The notes under the pieces were generated by a model. That model saw only the letters and a program-made list of their open reading frames with translations, had not been told where the DNA came from and did not search any database. Shown piece after piece: positions 11,551-25,018 of a stretch of DNA of 64,000 nt. The first letter of the stretch is position 1. The number at the start of each line of letters is the position of its first letter. This stretch comes from Podarcis melisellensis (taxonomy: Eukaryota), in NCBI GenBank assembly GCA_964234715.1, contig OZ174278.1; one strand, written 5' to 3'. The translations under genes were made by a program, and so were the position numbers.

Positions 11551-14179
11551 ACAGAACAGGGATGGGAAGCCTTTTCAGCCAAAGGGTCACACGTTTCTTT
11601 AGGGTAGCCTTCTAGGGGCCAATATTCACCTTTGTAAAATTGGCTAGTTTCTCCACACACTGCTCTATTCAGAGAAGGGTCATCGTTGGAGTTAAAGGAC
11701 ACAGTCCATCCAGGTAAAAATTATTTGGTTTGTAAAGCAGGACCAGGGAGGTGTGTGGTATGGGGAGAGGGACAGATAGAGAGGCTTGGTGGAACAGTTG
11801 CATTTTGCCCACACCTTCACCCCCCTGTCTCTCAAAATGTTACAACATGCAAGCATTTTTGTGAACCAACTTGTCTTGGGCACAGAACATAATTACTTCT
11901 TTTCCACACCAATGTGCAATGGTTTAGCCATCAGGGACAGCTGAAAAGAGAATTAAAGTCGAATGTGGAGCCACTGTGCTATCATTCAACCAAGATCTAA
12001 GTGTACTTTCTGCCACATTAAAAAAAGCTGAACTGGATAAAGTGAAGCGAGTGGGTAGCATAAGTGTGGGGGCAGTATTAAGTACGCTGGTGCTTTCAAT
12101 CACGGCAACATCAACAAATAGATCAGTGAATGTGCTGCCTGTCAAGACTTCCCAACTCAATTGTATGCCTGTATTAAAAGTCATAGCAATTTCTACATCT
12201 TGTAATGCCCCTCAAGGCCATACACACAGCTGAAACGGTAACATAAAAATGGAAGTGCATGACTTGGGAAATATAAAATGAATAGATAGATACACACACA
12301 TATATAGTATTTTATTTCTTTGAAACATATGGCTTTATACTTGAAAGCAATATACTTTTCCAGTGGAGCTTGTGCTAAGCTATTTAATGTATATCTAATT
12401 ATTGTTTAGAGCTGTCATACATTTAAGAGATCAAAGAATACTTACAGCCTCTTTTAATGCTGCTAGCATTGCTCACCTGGAGTCCTCAGTATCAAATATA
12501 TTTAAAAAGAAATCTTCTGCTTCTTTAAAACAAAATCATTACGCAGTTTAATTTAGAAACTTATCAATAGTCAGGCCAGCACTTGCAAACCAGTGTTCTT
12601 TTTCCTTTCATTTGATATGCATTTGAGAAGATACCCTTAATATCATTTTGAATCAAATTATTTATTTGTATGCAAATAATATAGTTTTAAAGCTAGGATT
12701 TAAATTAAATCCTATCGAAGAGGTTGAAAGTTTGATGCGGTTGGTTAGAATGAAATTTTATGCCACCCATCTATACTTTTGCCACACAATTAAAACAGTG
12801 TCAGTCATTGGAGCTGAAAACCTACGTGAAATGTGCAGCAATTGGACTGGGTTCACATGGCACTGTTACCATGTCATTTGCAAGTAATGAGCTAATCTCA
12901 GTTGAATACTCAGAATTTACCATTCTGGGGGAAGGAGCTATTTTTCAATAGTTTTCTTCTACTTTATAACCCTGGCACATACACATAAATAGTGGTGTTC
13001 ACGTGTATCTTACCATGCTGCCTTTGGGAAACTATAGTATGCAGTTCTCACTTAGGCCTCCTAAAACAAAAACAAGTTAGGGTCTTAAATGAGGATAGGG
13101 GATAACAATAAACAATCTACAAAACTGATCCCTTGCCCCACAAAAAAGGGAAAAAGGAAAATACTTACTAAGCAAAGTGCTCCTTGGTCAGGTTGATTTA
13201 TCACAAAATTTCACAGTGATTAATGAGTGTTTCTTCTAAAATAGGGGGTTATCAATAAAGAACTTTGGGGCATGCCTCTACAAGCTTCTTGTTCAGCATG
13301 AATGCTGTCTAAGCATGATGCTTGATGCATACATTGGTGTATGACTGGGTGAAATATAAGTAAATAATTAAATTAAATAATACTGAGATTATAAACTGGA
13401 AAATTGGAGTCTAAATCAGGTGAATATGATTTTTGGTGACCACTATTTCTTAATGGTGGGCAATTAAGTTTGAATTAACCTTCTTGTGTGACAATCTCTA
13501 GAAGTCACACAAAGTTCTATTTTAAAATAAAATTGGATGCAATCTGAGTGAGCATAGATATAGCTCTACTTGTTTCCTCGTCTTAGAACACTGTACTTGC
13601 ATTGAAGTTGAGGATGTTCAGTTTGGTCTAGAAGCTATACATGGAAGGGCATTTTTTCTTTCATATTTATTTGAAAAGTTTCATCATATGAAATTTGATG
13701 GAAAGTCTGGATGACCTACCTTGACCTTCAGAAAGTATCTTCTGCATTTAATGATTTCTCTTGACAAGGTCACTAATGATTTATTGCAGAGGTGTGCATT
13801 TGGTTCAGATATATCTCGAATCCTGAGCCAAAATGGGCAAGATTCAAAGGAGATTTAAGGAAATTCAGATGTTTTCTGGGATGTCCTTAACCAACTCGGG
13901 ATGCTCCAAAGCTTCAAGGCTGCCCTAGAGCTTCAGACAACTCAGACAGATTCATGTTGTCTGCCTTTTTCTAAGACATTAATTTTTCCCAAGCTCTCTA
14001 TATAAGGACAGTGTAAAAGGAAGGAAAGGGGAGAGGGAACTGGTGTTTTCTGACTGACAACTCTAGCTTCCAACCAGGGAATAACTTTTCCAGGGCTCTC
14101 TGTTGCTTCCAATCACAACAGTTTTTTGGGAGGGAAGTATAAGGAAGGAATTTATCTGTTGTCAATTGAGCATAAAACA

Positions 14180-14246
14180 AGCAGATGGTCTAGGAGGATA
14201 CCATGACCAATGGTATCAAAAGATGCTGAGAGATCCAACACAGCAG
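14180..14246 (-). mobile_element. L2/CR1-group LINE reverse transcriptase fragment
   Basis: The minus strand encodes LDLSASFDTIGHGILLDHL, matching the RT motif LDLSAAFDT. Confidence 0.75.
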
Positions 14247-15409
14247 CTGTAGAGTTCTACTTTCCCTGTCTTTCCCATGACATAAACACAGTCTTACAAA
14301 ATCAAAAATTTAAAACCAATTAAATCACCTACAGAATAACACCAATGTTAAATCAACATAAATGGACAGCAGTAGTGCAGGGATATAAAAAATAACAATG
14401 CATTTTAAAAACTGAAAGACTATGCACCTGGGGCAGATTTTTAAAGTCTTCATCTACTGCTGAAACAGCAAAAACATAGGCACCAGACACATCTGTCTGG
14501 GGAAGAAATTCCAAGCCAGGACACCACCACTGAAAAGGCCCTCTCTCAACATCTGTGGGGGCATTAGGATCCGTATCTCAGAAGGGTTTTTCAAACAGAG
14601 CAGGGAGATTTGGTTCATAGAAGAACAAATATTATGTCCTGATTTTGGAATGAAAGTGGGGTATTAGGATTCTACTGATAAATATCTGTCTTTACCAGGC
14701 TCAAAGTAGTCCAATTGCCCATCTACACAGATGGCCAATATAAAAATACATTTCTATAGTGGGGCCCCAAAAGCACCAAGGAAGGCAAAAGATTCAGGAC
14801 AGTTATAGCAAAGAGATTGTCTTTATTTTGATGTTCCTCTTAATGCATCTAATCTGGTGGCACTATCAGTTTGATGGAGCCAATACTCCATTAAAGATCC
14901 TGACCTTTCCCAGGATGCTGCTGCCTCCCAATAAAAATGCTTAAATAATACATTAAAAGTACAAATAAATGAGCAGTGTGTCCAGAGATATTCACAAAAA
15001 CTCCATACTTGTTTAATATGAAAGTATATTATTTGCCCAAGGTTCATTCACTAAGGTTATGAGACAGATATCAATTTTTGATCTCTTTGAACCCACAAAC
15101 CATCAGGAGTAATTAGTGGATGAAGCAGAGAGCAATTAACTGAAAGGCACTTTTTGCTAACAATCTACATTTCACTGCTATAACCTTCTATGATGTGCTA
15201 ACATTTAATTGTTTATGTAATCACATTTTTGACTTGGGAGACTTCAGATGACCAATCTTGCAATCAATATGTAGTGAGTTCGTTATTATTATTGTTTGTG
15301 GCACTTTTAATGTAGAGTCACTTTATCCTCACAACAAATCCACTGTGAAAAGCATCACTGCTTTTCCCAGTACTGTATAAAGATGTATTTAAGTATAAAG
15401 AGGAAACTA

Positions 15410-15732
15410 AGAGGAGATATGATAGCCAAATATCTCAAGGGCTGTCACATGGACGGTGGAGTTTGCTTTCTCCTGCTCCAGAGTGTAGGACCTGATCCAA
15501 TGAAATACTGATGAAACATCAGGAAGAACTTTCTGACAGCAAGAGCTATTTGACAGTGGACTGGGCTCCCTCAGAAGGTGGTGGACTGTCCTTCCTTTGA
15601 GGTTTCTATGCAGAAGCCAAATGGCAACTATCACACATGATCTACTTGACTTTCCTGCATTGTAGGGTTGAGAGTAGATGACACTTGAGGTCCCTTCCAA
15701 CTCTCCAGTTCTATGTTTCTATAATTCTATGA
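15410..15732 (+). mobile_element. CR1 LINE 3' end
   Basis: GGAGATATGATAGCC...AGGAAGAACTTTCTGACAG...GAGGTCCCTTCCAACTCT followed by (TTCTATGA/TTCTATAA) repeats, the CR1 terminus. Confidence 0.85.
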
Positions 15733-17541
15733 CTAGATGCACCAGCAGGCTGTTCTTATGTTCACATGACAGATCCTTTCCATGTGTAGGATAGCTTTAA
15801 TGTGTTTACAAAACAACATTAAAAAAGGAAAGGGCTAGTGTACATTGGCTATATACCATTGCCATTATAGGGAAATTGGTTACCCGGCAAGAGGTGCTGC
15901 CTCTACCAATACACACAAATGGTTATCTGCTATTGAATGCTGATCTGTTGATGACCAGTGCCCTTATCTGTGGGGTAACTCTTCAACTGTGTGGGGAGGG
16001 ATATTGTTTTTGCTTGTTATCATTGTATGTATTTTTGTGTTTTTATAATGTAAACTGCCCTGCGATCCTCAGACGAAGGGCATTATAGCAATTTACAACA
16101 ACAACAACCAGGACCATAAAAAGGTTATTGTTTTTGAATCAAAGGGGGTCGGGATTCAAATGGCCTTTTGGCAACTTAAAAGCAATGTCTTTAGAATGAT
16201 CTGAAGAGGGGAGAAATCATTATTTCATTTGGTTATTTACTATTGCCTTCCACTGAATCCAGATGGTTCAGTTAAAATAAGAGCAAATGTCTTGGGTAAA
16301 GGAGAATACTTTTGTTTCAGGAACAAAAGCTTTCAGATTTAGCTTTCTTATTCCTCTGCACGGTAAAATACTGTCAAAGTAAGACACAAAACAGAGGATT
16401 TAGTGTTAGACGATTGTCTTGCTTACCTAGACGTAAGTGTTGATCCTAGCTGTTTCCATGTGATTTACTGGTTGTTCTGGAGTTCTTGTTGCGGGTGGGT
16501 GGGGAACACCATCACTGTGTGAAATCATTTTGTAGCCATTGCAGGTTATTGTTGCTTTTGCAGTTTTCTTCTTGGCTAACTTACCCTTTCTGATGCACAT
16601 TATACTTTCACAACATTTGGGTTGATTTGAACTCTAGCACTAGTAGGTTGAAATAAAATAATAATAATGTCTTGGGGAGGAGATGACAAACCGTGGCAGC
16701 TTTACCGAGCAATTTTTAAAGCACAGTTGATAAAACAGTCTGCTTGTTGTTATGTAGCTGAGCCACCGCTTCATCAAGCATTCTGCTTATTTCTCCTCAT
16801 TATTGGAATCATGCCTTTCAGCTACTGAGACTAAAAAAATTAATATACAATTTAGGCAACAAGAATATTAAAAGTGTGTGCGCGAATGACATACTGACAA
16901 GGATAAAGGAGGGGGTAGGAACTGTGAAAACAGTCTTTTAACTTTGTGTGGGACTGTCAAACAGTTCTTTTGCCTCATTCTTTCGGGGGGGGGGGGACAT
17001 TATCAATGCAGTGAATTAAATATTGCCTTCTCATTAGTATTAATAGCACCTTCACACCTAATTCTTCATGCTTTGAGTTGGAAATTCAGTCATTTACATA
17101 TTAGACATTTGAGTGCCACTAGGCATAATCTTTATAGCCAAAGAGCAAAATGTGCTTCATCCTTAGTTATGTACCAGGAAGGGGTTGAACCAGCACTGCT
17201 GCCTTCTTAGCCCCAGGCATCCCCACACAAGTATGAAAATGGGGAGGGGTACTTTTCAGCAAAATTAGGTCATTAGGAGAATGCACTTCTGGACAGAGAG
17301 AAAATGTCTAAACATGACAGTTAGGCGTTAAGCTCATAAGGCCATATTTTCAGGTACATTTGACAGATATTGCTTCAGGGCTCTCAGATCTTTTCTTCTG
17401 AAAGGATCTAATTGGAATATTTATTGTGAAGAAAAGCAACACAGATCATGGGAAAGGGTTGGTGATAGCGCACAGACAAGGACTGAAAGCTGGAGATAGA
17501 GCAGGGACAAGTATCTACAGAAGGAAAATATTACTGAGGAT

Positions 17542-17830
17542 TGGGGATGGACACGTCTATTGATGCCAGTTTCTCTGCTTCTAATCCTCCCACCCCTACC
17601 CCAAAACACCTTAAGTTCAGATTGCTACATTTCTGCATCAGGTTGTGATTTATTTATTTATTTGTAGTCTCACAAATTTATTAGCATTTAGTATAGGGTT
17701 TTCCTAATGGAATTTTTTTAACACAGTTTTTTTTTGCAAGTGATTTCCCCCAAAATAACACTTTTTTCTATGTCCTTTCTGTATACCGTTTTCAGTTGGC
17801 GAACTAAAACCTTCTGTGCCTACTTCTAAA
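17542..17830 (+). repeat. Old interspersed repeat, probable non-autonomous DNA transposon (copies also at ~46799-46960 + and ~51830-52151 -)
   Basis: Shared GGGATGGA...TTTCTC...CTTAAGTTC motif among three copies in the window. Superfamily not determined. Confidence 0.45.
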
Positions 17831-19348
17831 CACCTGCTGAAAACGTTTCAATTCTACCAGGCCTGTGCAGCGAATTACAAATACAGCCTTCCACAATGGA
17901 TAATTGATGTCTGTTTTTAACTTTTTATGGTTTTATTGTATGGTTTTAGGTTTCTATTGCTGCAAACTGCTTCAACAGATATTTAACGGGACAGTAGTAC
18001 ACAAATATTTACATAAATAAATAAAATAAAACTGCACTACAAAATTAAGAGAAGTGCACATTTTGAATAATAATTGTGTTGCATTTAACTTACTGTTTTT
18101 GGAAGCATGAATTAGGTAGGTTCACACTGAAATGTGAACCAAAGTAAATTCCTTCCCCATCCAAAACGAGGATTAAAACATTGTTGTGGTATCTTTTCAG
18201 TGGCAGAATATTATACTTCCAGATACCTTGGAATATGAAACTAGATTTGCAAGCTGCAATTTCTATTTCGCTCACATATCTTTAACATATTCCCCCGACA
18301 AACCTGAAAGTTCACACAAGCATTCATCTGAGGTAGAGTCAACTTGCATGCAGGAACACTGTGTCAGAGTAGGAATGGAATTAAAAATGTATCTGTTTAC
18401 TGAAGTATTCCTCAGCCTCTGATCATGAGTTGAACTGTAAATATGGTTGCAGTAAAAAGTATATACATTTTATTGGATTTTTTTAAATTGTGAATTGTTG
18501 TTTTGTATTGAATTGCTCAATAGGATGCCTTGATATTGAATTGCTCAATAGTGCCTTGATATTATTTTAAGCAGTGACTGTATTAAAATACTTTAAATAA
18601 ATACAGAATGTTCTCTGCAGGAAAAATCTCATGCCTTGGCTATTTGACCACTCTTGTAACAGTTGTTTGGTTAGCGTTTTACATCTGTACCTCTTCCTTG
18701 TCACCTTCTGTTTGTCTTGCCATTTTCCCCACTCCTCCTTTTGTTGAAATACATACATACATACATGTGCACATACTAATGAAATGTGCTGTATACACCT
18801 ATGGTTATTCTGTCTGTTTAAAGTTTAGAACAAAAATTGTTGAGCACAAAGGATATGTTAAAGCTCCTCTGTATGGGAATGAAATTTGTTTTGTTAGAGG
18901 CAAACATGCACTGTCAAGTGAAATCTTAAATTATCATGCTGGAAGTAATGTATCAGCCTCCCAAACACTGGGGATCAATGCAATAAATATTACTGATAAT
19001 GTGTTTAATGGCATAAGTATGTTCCATTATTTGGAAAGAGAAGAAATATATAATGACATTTATGAAGTCAGGGATATTTACGAATCGATAACTGATAAAA
19101 ATCTTTATTCCTGTTAAGCAGCATTTTATGCTTCCAGTTAGACTCTAAATAATGTAGCTTACTGAACAACACAGGAATTTATGGAGTGAACTTTGGTTTG
19201 TAAACTGTCGGAGAAGAGAGTGCTCTTGTGCCTGGGTCTTGCTTGCAGGCTTCTCACAGACTTCTGCTTGGTCAGGGCAAGAACAAGATGGTTTTATGCA
19301 TATTCTCTCAGCGCACTAATATATTCTAGATACTGTATATTCTAGAAA

Positions 19349-19589
19349 CAGTGGTACCTTGGGTTACAGACACTTTAGGTTACAGACGCTTCAGGTTACA
19401 GACTCCGCTAACCCAGAAATAGTACCTCGGGTTAAGAACTTTGCTTCAGGATGAGAACAGAAATTGTGCACTGCCGGTGTGGCGGCAGTGGGAGGCCCCA
19501 TTAGCTAAAGTGCTACCTCAGGTTAAGAACAGTTTCAGGTTAAGAACGGACCTCTGGAACAAATAAGTTCGTAACCAGAGGTATCGCTA
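19349..19589. mobile_element. Tc1/mariner (pogo/Tigger-like) MITE
   Basis: TIRs CAGTGGTACCTTGGGTTAC / GTAACCAGAGGTATCGCTA followed by TA, with internal repeats GGTTACAGAC x3 and GGTTAAGAAC x3. Confidence 0.8.
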
Positions 19590-22500
19590 TACTGAACTCA
19601 CTGCTCTGGTAATTGGTTATTTGCCATAGTGAAGGTCCACAAGCTTTCATGAACACCAAACAATAAGCATTTATGATTTAATTGCTTTTGCTCATTGCCA
19701 AACACATTTCTAAATCATTTTCAGCTCTTTAAATCATTTTAAAAGTTGGAGTGATAAATAATGTGTCTTATGTTTTCTTTGATTCCAAAATAACCCATAT
19801 CACAATAGCAAACCTCATTTGTTTCTCTCTCATCCGCCCTCCTCTGCAAGTGTACTAATATAATGACAGAATCATGATTTGTAATTAAATTAAATGCCAC
19901 AACAAAAAGTGTGTAAAATGCATTTAGTACAAAACAATAAACAAGAACATGATTAATTGCTTCAGTGTGTCTCGTTTTGATGTACAAAAATAAAGACAGT
20001 GCAGCAGATGTGAGCTTTTGAATCAAGGCAACATCCACCTGGTTTAAACCTTTGTCAGACGTTGGGCTTGTCCACACCAGTGTTTGATGTGTGTTTGAAG
20101 CACCTTATCCCCAATATTTTTGGCCATCATCCACATGATTCCTGATGCCAATTCTTTTGAGCATTAAATTTGGATTTCCCTATCTGAAAAGAGGAAGTAT
20201 TCCTGCCTCAAACTGCTTTTATCAGACAGCCAGACTCACTGCTGCAGGGTTTTTGGGTATGTGAGAGAAAACTGTTTTATCCTCCTTGTTCCATGCCTGC
20301 TTCCTCTCTTTATCTTTTTTGTCTTCTGGTAGTTCTAGCAACCACTCCCAGTAGGAACCAGGGCTGTACCCCAGATTTAACCAAGACCAGAATCCCAAGC
20401 CAAATTGGACATATTTGGAGGAACTTGAGTGTCAGACAAATTGGGTACAGAAATCCATGTATCATTTTGAGGCAGGTTGGATGGCTGTCAAGGGCCAGAG
20501 CCTCTGGCAAAAAGGAAAGGCAAACCAGGGTGATAAAGCCATGTGAAAAGGCCAAGGCCTACCACACTGGTAGCTGCACCTTCCCAGAAAAAGGTAGGAC
20601 CCAATGCTTTGGCTCTCCTTCCAGTGCTCCACAGGATGAATGCTTCCACTCAACAGCTGTGGAGATGGCATCAATCCTGTGGGATATGGGTGGTGCTTTG
20701 CAAGCATTTGATAAGTGGTAGGATCCTGCTGGGTGCTGCTCCTTCATGAGCAGCTTGCTTTCCTTGCATGCAGGGAAGCCACTCTGGAAGGAGAATCACC
20801 ATGCAAGATTGGATTCTCCAGTTCACCAGCTGGAAAGCTGGAAGATCTGATCCTGTTCAGTGCCCCTCTCAACCATCATTTTTAATTCCTGTTTTAACTT
20901 TTCTGCGAAAATAAATTTTGCAAAAATCATTAGCCTTATCCACTCAAAATGTATTGGGACACATCCAAGGCAGAGTTAGGTGGTCTTCAGGGCATCACAG
21001 GGCAAATTCACCTAATCTGGCAGGCCCAGCTGCAATTTCTCAATACCCACACCTGCCTAATGACATTGTACGTGAGCATATTTCAAGATTTCAATCACCG
21101 CTTCCTTTTTCATTCACCTTGGGCATGTGCAGGATAAAAAAGGTTTTCAAATGTACATCAGCCAATGATACCCACCCTTGTGGATGGCAGGGCCTAGAAT
21201 CAATCAAGATTGAAAGCAGTTTATTAGGGTTGTGAATTAACGATTCCAGATTGAGAAAAACTACATTTTTTTCCTACTACAAATGGGAGCACACATCCTC
21301 AGACTCTGTAAGATTTTAATCCTGATTTACAATAGGCTTAAGGGGTTTGAACCTAATGAATTAAGTGATTGACATACCACTCATAAAGCAAACTCTGCCT
21401 TCATCACATTGAGTTTATGACTTAGATGACTTAGATTTTTAAAAAGAGTGACCCTTCATGTCTAGCAACTATTAATCTCACTCAATTTTAGCAGTGCTGA
21501 AGAAAGGGTTTGGGGGTAATTCAACATTTAAGACAATTTATAATTCCTGAATAATAGTAGGCTGCCTATTTTTGCTTTATACTTTTATACATAGAGCTGC
21601 CTAAGAACAGTTTGTGGGAAATTAAACCATCCAATGTCAATGCAAAAGAAAGAAGGGGGGATTCAGTTTCCTATACAGCAACTGACAAAAGCACCACTTT
21701 ATTATAGAATGGAACATCAAAACCTCAATCGAGAGCAGGTAAGAAAGTGTTTTATGACAAAAATGAACTGAAGATTCCCATATCTGCTTTAGTTTTGAAG
21801 AGGGATTAGTTGCCATTTCTATCTTTGGGCCTCTTCATATTTTGCAGCTGTTTTATATTATAAAATGCTCCACTTGTTGACATTGATTGTTTCAACTTCT
21901 CCATGCTCAGCAAGTTGAACCCATGAATCTCTAGTTTTTCACTGTATAAATTGGTCTATTGTTTTAATTGTGTGATTTACAGATAAAATTGTTGTCCAAA
22001 AAATCTGGAGGGCACTAGGGTTGGCAAAAGCTCCTGCGGTATTTTCTGCTTTTTCAGTCCATGTTCTCAGATCACCCTGCCCACTACCAGCAATGCAATG
22101 CTTTGGATATAATTGCTTGTAGGAACTGTAAGGATTGCAAGCACTTTCCCCCTTCAAATCCATATTTGCCTCCTCTGATGTGGGAAAATGTATAGTGCAG
22201 AAAAGGCAGGCAGGGAAAGGCTTTTTTTCTGCTCTAAATTCTCTTATCCTGAAGCTACTTTTCTTTTAAATAAGAAAAGTCAAGGGGAGCTTTGTTACAT
22301 GCATTTGCATGTAACGTCTCGTTAACCCCTGAGGTGTGTCATTTTCAAACTCTCATTTATGATCCCATCAGGGTTGCTGCATTAGAAAATGTTGGCATGG
22401 AAGAAACACTGTATAGTAAGAATGCTCACGGGAGAGTGAAAAGAGTTGAGCAGCTCCCTGCCATGCCGAAAATAGCCCCACTTGCTAGTGGCAAGTTTCT

Positions 22501-23107
22501 CCTTCACAAGCATTGAAATTGCCATGCTAAAACACTGTTATCAGAAATAAAACCTGAGATTCCATCCTGTCCCCACTGGGGTCAATAGGCAATGTTTTTG
22601 TTGCTGTTTTGACAGATTTTAATGGGATCAGGCTTGAGCCAGTAGATTAATTGTTGTTGGCCGGCAGGGAGAGACACTTATAAAGTTATGTGACAGACTA
22701 TACATTGCTTCAGCCGGTTGGGCAGGTTTGTTCATCTCTAGCAAACAGGCAAATCTGCCTTCTGTGCTGTAAGACTGTGGTGGCCTAAACAGGTCTTTGA
22801 TTCATCAGCAGTTCAGTTACTCGTGAAATGTGTCACAATGGTATAAACAACTGGTTCAACATCAGGACGATCTCCAGGCTATGGCACATGAAAGACCCTG
22901 GGAGCAGACAAGCAGGAATTGTCTATCCATGGAGCACATTGGGAACATCATGAGACTTGCTGAATCAGACAAAGGCCCATGTAGTCCAGCATTCTGTTCT
23001 CACAATGGAACAGGCAAGCCACATGCTTTTAGGAAGCCCACAAGAATGACCTGAGTACAACAGCACTCTCCCTACTAGTTTCTTCCAGCAGCAGGTATTC
23101 AGAGGCA

Positions 23108-23608
23108 TGTTGTGTGCCACCTCAATCTCTGAGCAGTGCAAAAGTCCAGGAGTTCCAGGCATTTACTCAGGATTAGTGTTTCCTTTTGGAAATGAGGCAT
23201 GGTGGAGACTGCAGTGTCTTTAGAATACATGGTTTATTTAAACATATGTACAATCTGAGCCTATGATGGAGGGGTTCATGGCATTAATATCCCCAAGAGG
23301 GTCCTGTTTCTTCCATAGCCACAGCCTTGGATTCAAGCAGAAATCAGCTGTGGCTTCCCCCCTGCCTTTCCAGCCTGAAGCTTTACTTGTAGGTCACATT
23401 ACATATTGCTCTAGCTTTGGACCTAAGAGCTGGAAGAGGGTCCCCACCCATTTGCAATCCGGTACAGGGCCCCCTTTCCATTGCTCTCTTAATGGACCAT
23501 TATTTTATCTTTGTTCTCTTTTAATGGCCGATCGCCTTTCCTTTGTTTTCTTCATGGTCCATCACCCAGGCAATTACCTGAACACGGGAAGCTAGCCTGC
23601 CTTATATT
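23108..23608 (-). mobile_element. LTR (Gypsy-like family), interrupted by a nested solo LTR
   Basis: Begins TGTTG on + (CA end on -), with polyA signal TTTATT on + near 23233. It is homologous in reverse to 24120-24264 and directly to 49946-50499, and continues briefly at 24269-24275 after the nested insert. Confidence 0.7.
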
Positions 23609-24264
23609 TGTTATGAGTTTCAAAGAGGGCAGGCTTCCCATAAGTTTTCGAGTTAGTAAAAGGTATAATTAATCAAGGTTTGGTTAAAACTGTGCCAAGT
23701 GCGAAAATCCCTGGGTTATGCTTATGATAAAAGCTGAGGCCAGCTTGGCATAGCTGTTATATAAGGACCATTAACAGGGAACAAAGTTTGGATGGTGTGG
23801 GCAATTGCTGTTTCCTGAGGTAAGGAAGAGGGGGGAAAGCATCCCTTTGCCAGAGGCTTGGTGGAGAATGCAGCTGGAGGAAAAACCCTTTGTGTGTATG
23901 AAATGGAGGTTGCCAGGGTTATGGTGGGTGAAGATGTAACAAAAAAAGGGGGTTGTGTTTGGCAAGGTGTTCTTGGAAGAAGTCAGAAGTAGGGGGACGT
24001 CATGTGGGGGCTGAGGAGAAGAAGCCAACAGCATGAGGTGCAGGAAGCATCCACTGCTGATTCAGCTCCTTGCAGATTGGAGCTGGCTGCTCTTAAGAAC
24101 CCTCTCTATGTGTATATATGTGTGTAAATAAAGCCATGCATCTTAAAAACACTACAGCTTCCGCCATGTCTAATTTTCTACATGAAAACACAACCTTTGG
24201 TGAGTGTCTGGAACCCCCTGGAGTCATGTCACCTCTTGGAAGAGATTGGGGGTGGTGTGTAACA
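23609..24264 (+). mobile_element. Solo LTR (Gypsy-like), 656 bp
   Basis: TGTTA...TAACA termini, 4-bp TSD TATT (23605-23608 / 24265-24268), AATAAA at ~24127. The 5' end TGTTATGAGTTT matches the 5' end of the copy at 50499. Confidence 0.8.
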
Positions 24265-24275
24265 TATTTTAACAC

Positions 24276-25018
24276 TTGCTGAGTCCACAATGGATCTGGC
24301 ACCCGCCTTCTCTGTCCCGAGTATATCAAGGTCTTTCAGAGAGAGGGGAAAATCAGGGGGGAGAACCTAATTTCACCCTCCACATTCTTTCCCCTCCCTG
24401 AAAGAGCCTGACATACCCGGGGGGTTTGTGTTATATAGCCATTTCCACCCTACAGAGGAGGTGGGGCTGCGGGTTTCCCACTCCCACCACGTGTGCAGTG
24501 GCTGGAGCCCAGCCCCCACACGATTGGGGGAATCCCCAGCCGTGTCACTCCCTGGCCAGCCAATCGGTGGCAGGTTTGAGGGTATTGACGGCGAGCCTTT
24601 GCTCAGGTGGCAGTTAGGCATTGGTATTGGTATTGTTATGTAGATGGAAGAGGGAAGGAAGCGCCATCACCTGCCCTGCATATTGAAGGGTAGTCCGATA
24701 AAGGATTCCGGGGGGGGGGCGTGCCCTGCCCGAAGCCTATGGAGGTGAGGGCCTAAAGCATGCCCCCGAGCGGTGACCCCGGGGGAGTTCCTAGTTGATG
24801 TGCATCAGCAGGACCCCCCCTACTGGTGGTTAACCCTTCCCGGACTTCAAGCGGATGGGCTGAAGCTGGATATAGTCAGTTAGGACCAATGCCTAGGCCA
24901 ATACCGCTCATCACCTGTAACCAATAAAGTTGTGGCCTTATTTTGCCCATTAACCTTAATAATTGTGTCGTGTGTCTTTATTTCCACTGGGGGGTGGGGA
25001 TGGGAACTTGCCACGCAA
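24276..25018 (+). mobile_element. Retroelement terminal repeat, possibly DIRS/Ngaro-like
   Basis: GC/CpG-rich block with TTGC...GCAA ends, no TSD and no TG..CA. The polyA region TGTAACCAATAAAGTTGTGGCC is shared with 63798-64000. Confidence 0.45.

Noticed and set aside
11924-12233. Overlapping ORFs on both strands
   Set aside because: No recognisable protein and no convincing splice-site pair. At most a non-coding conserved block.
18506-18563. ~27-bp tandem duplication
   Set aside because: An ordinary local slippage duplication with no further structure.
18608-19117. 169-aa ORF
   Set aside because: No recognisable domain, it crosses simple repeats (ACAT)n, and its length is compatible with chance in 64 kb across six frames.
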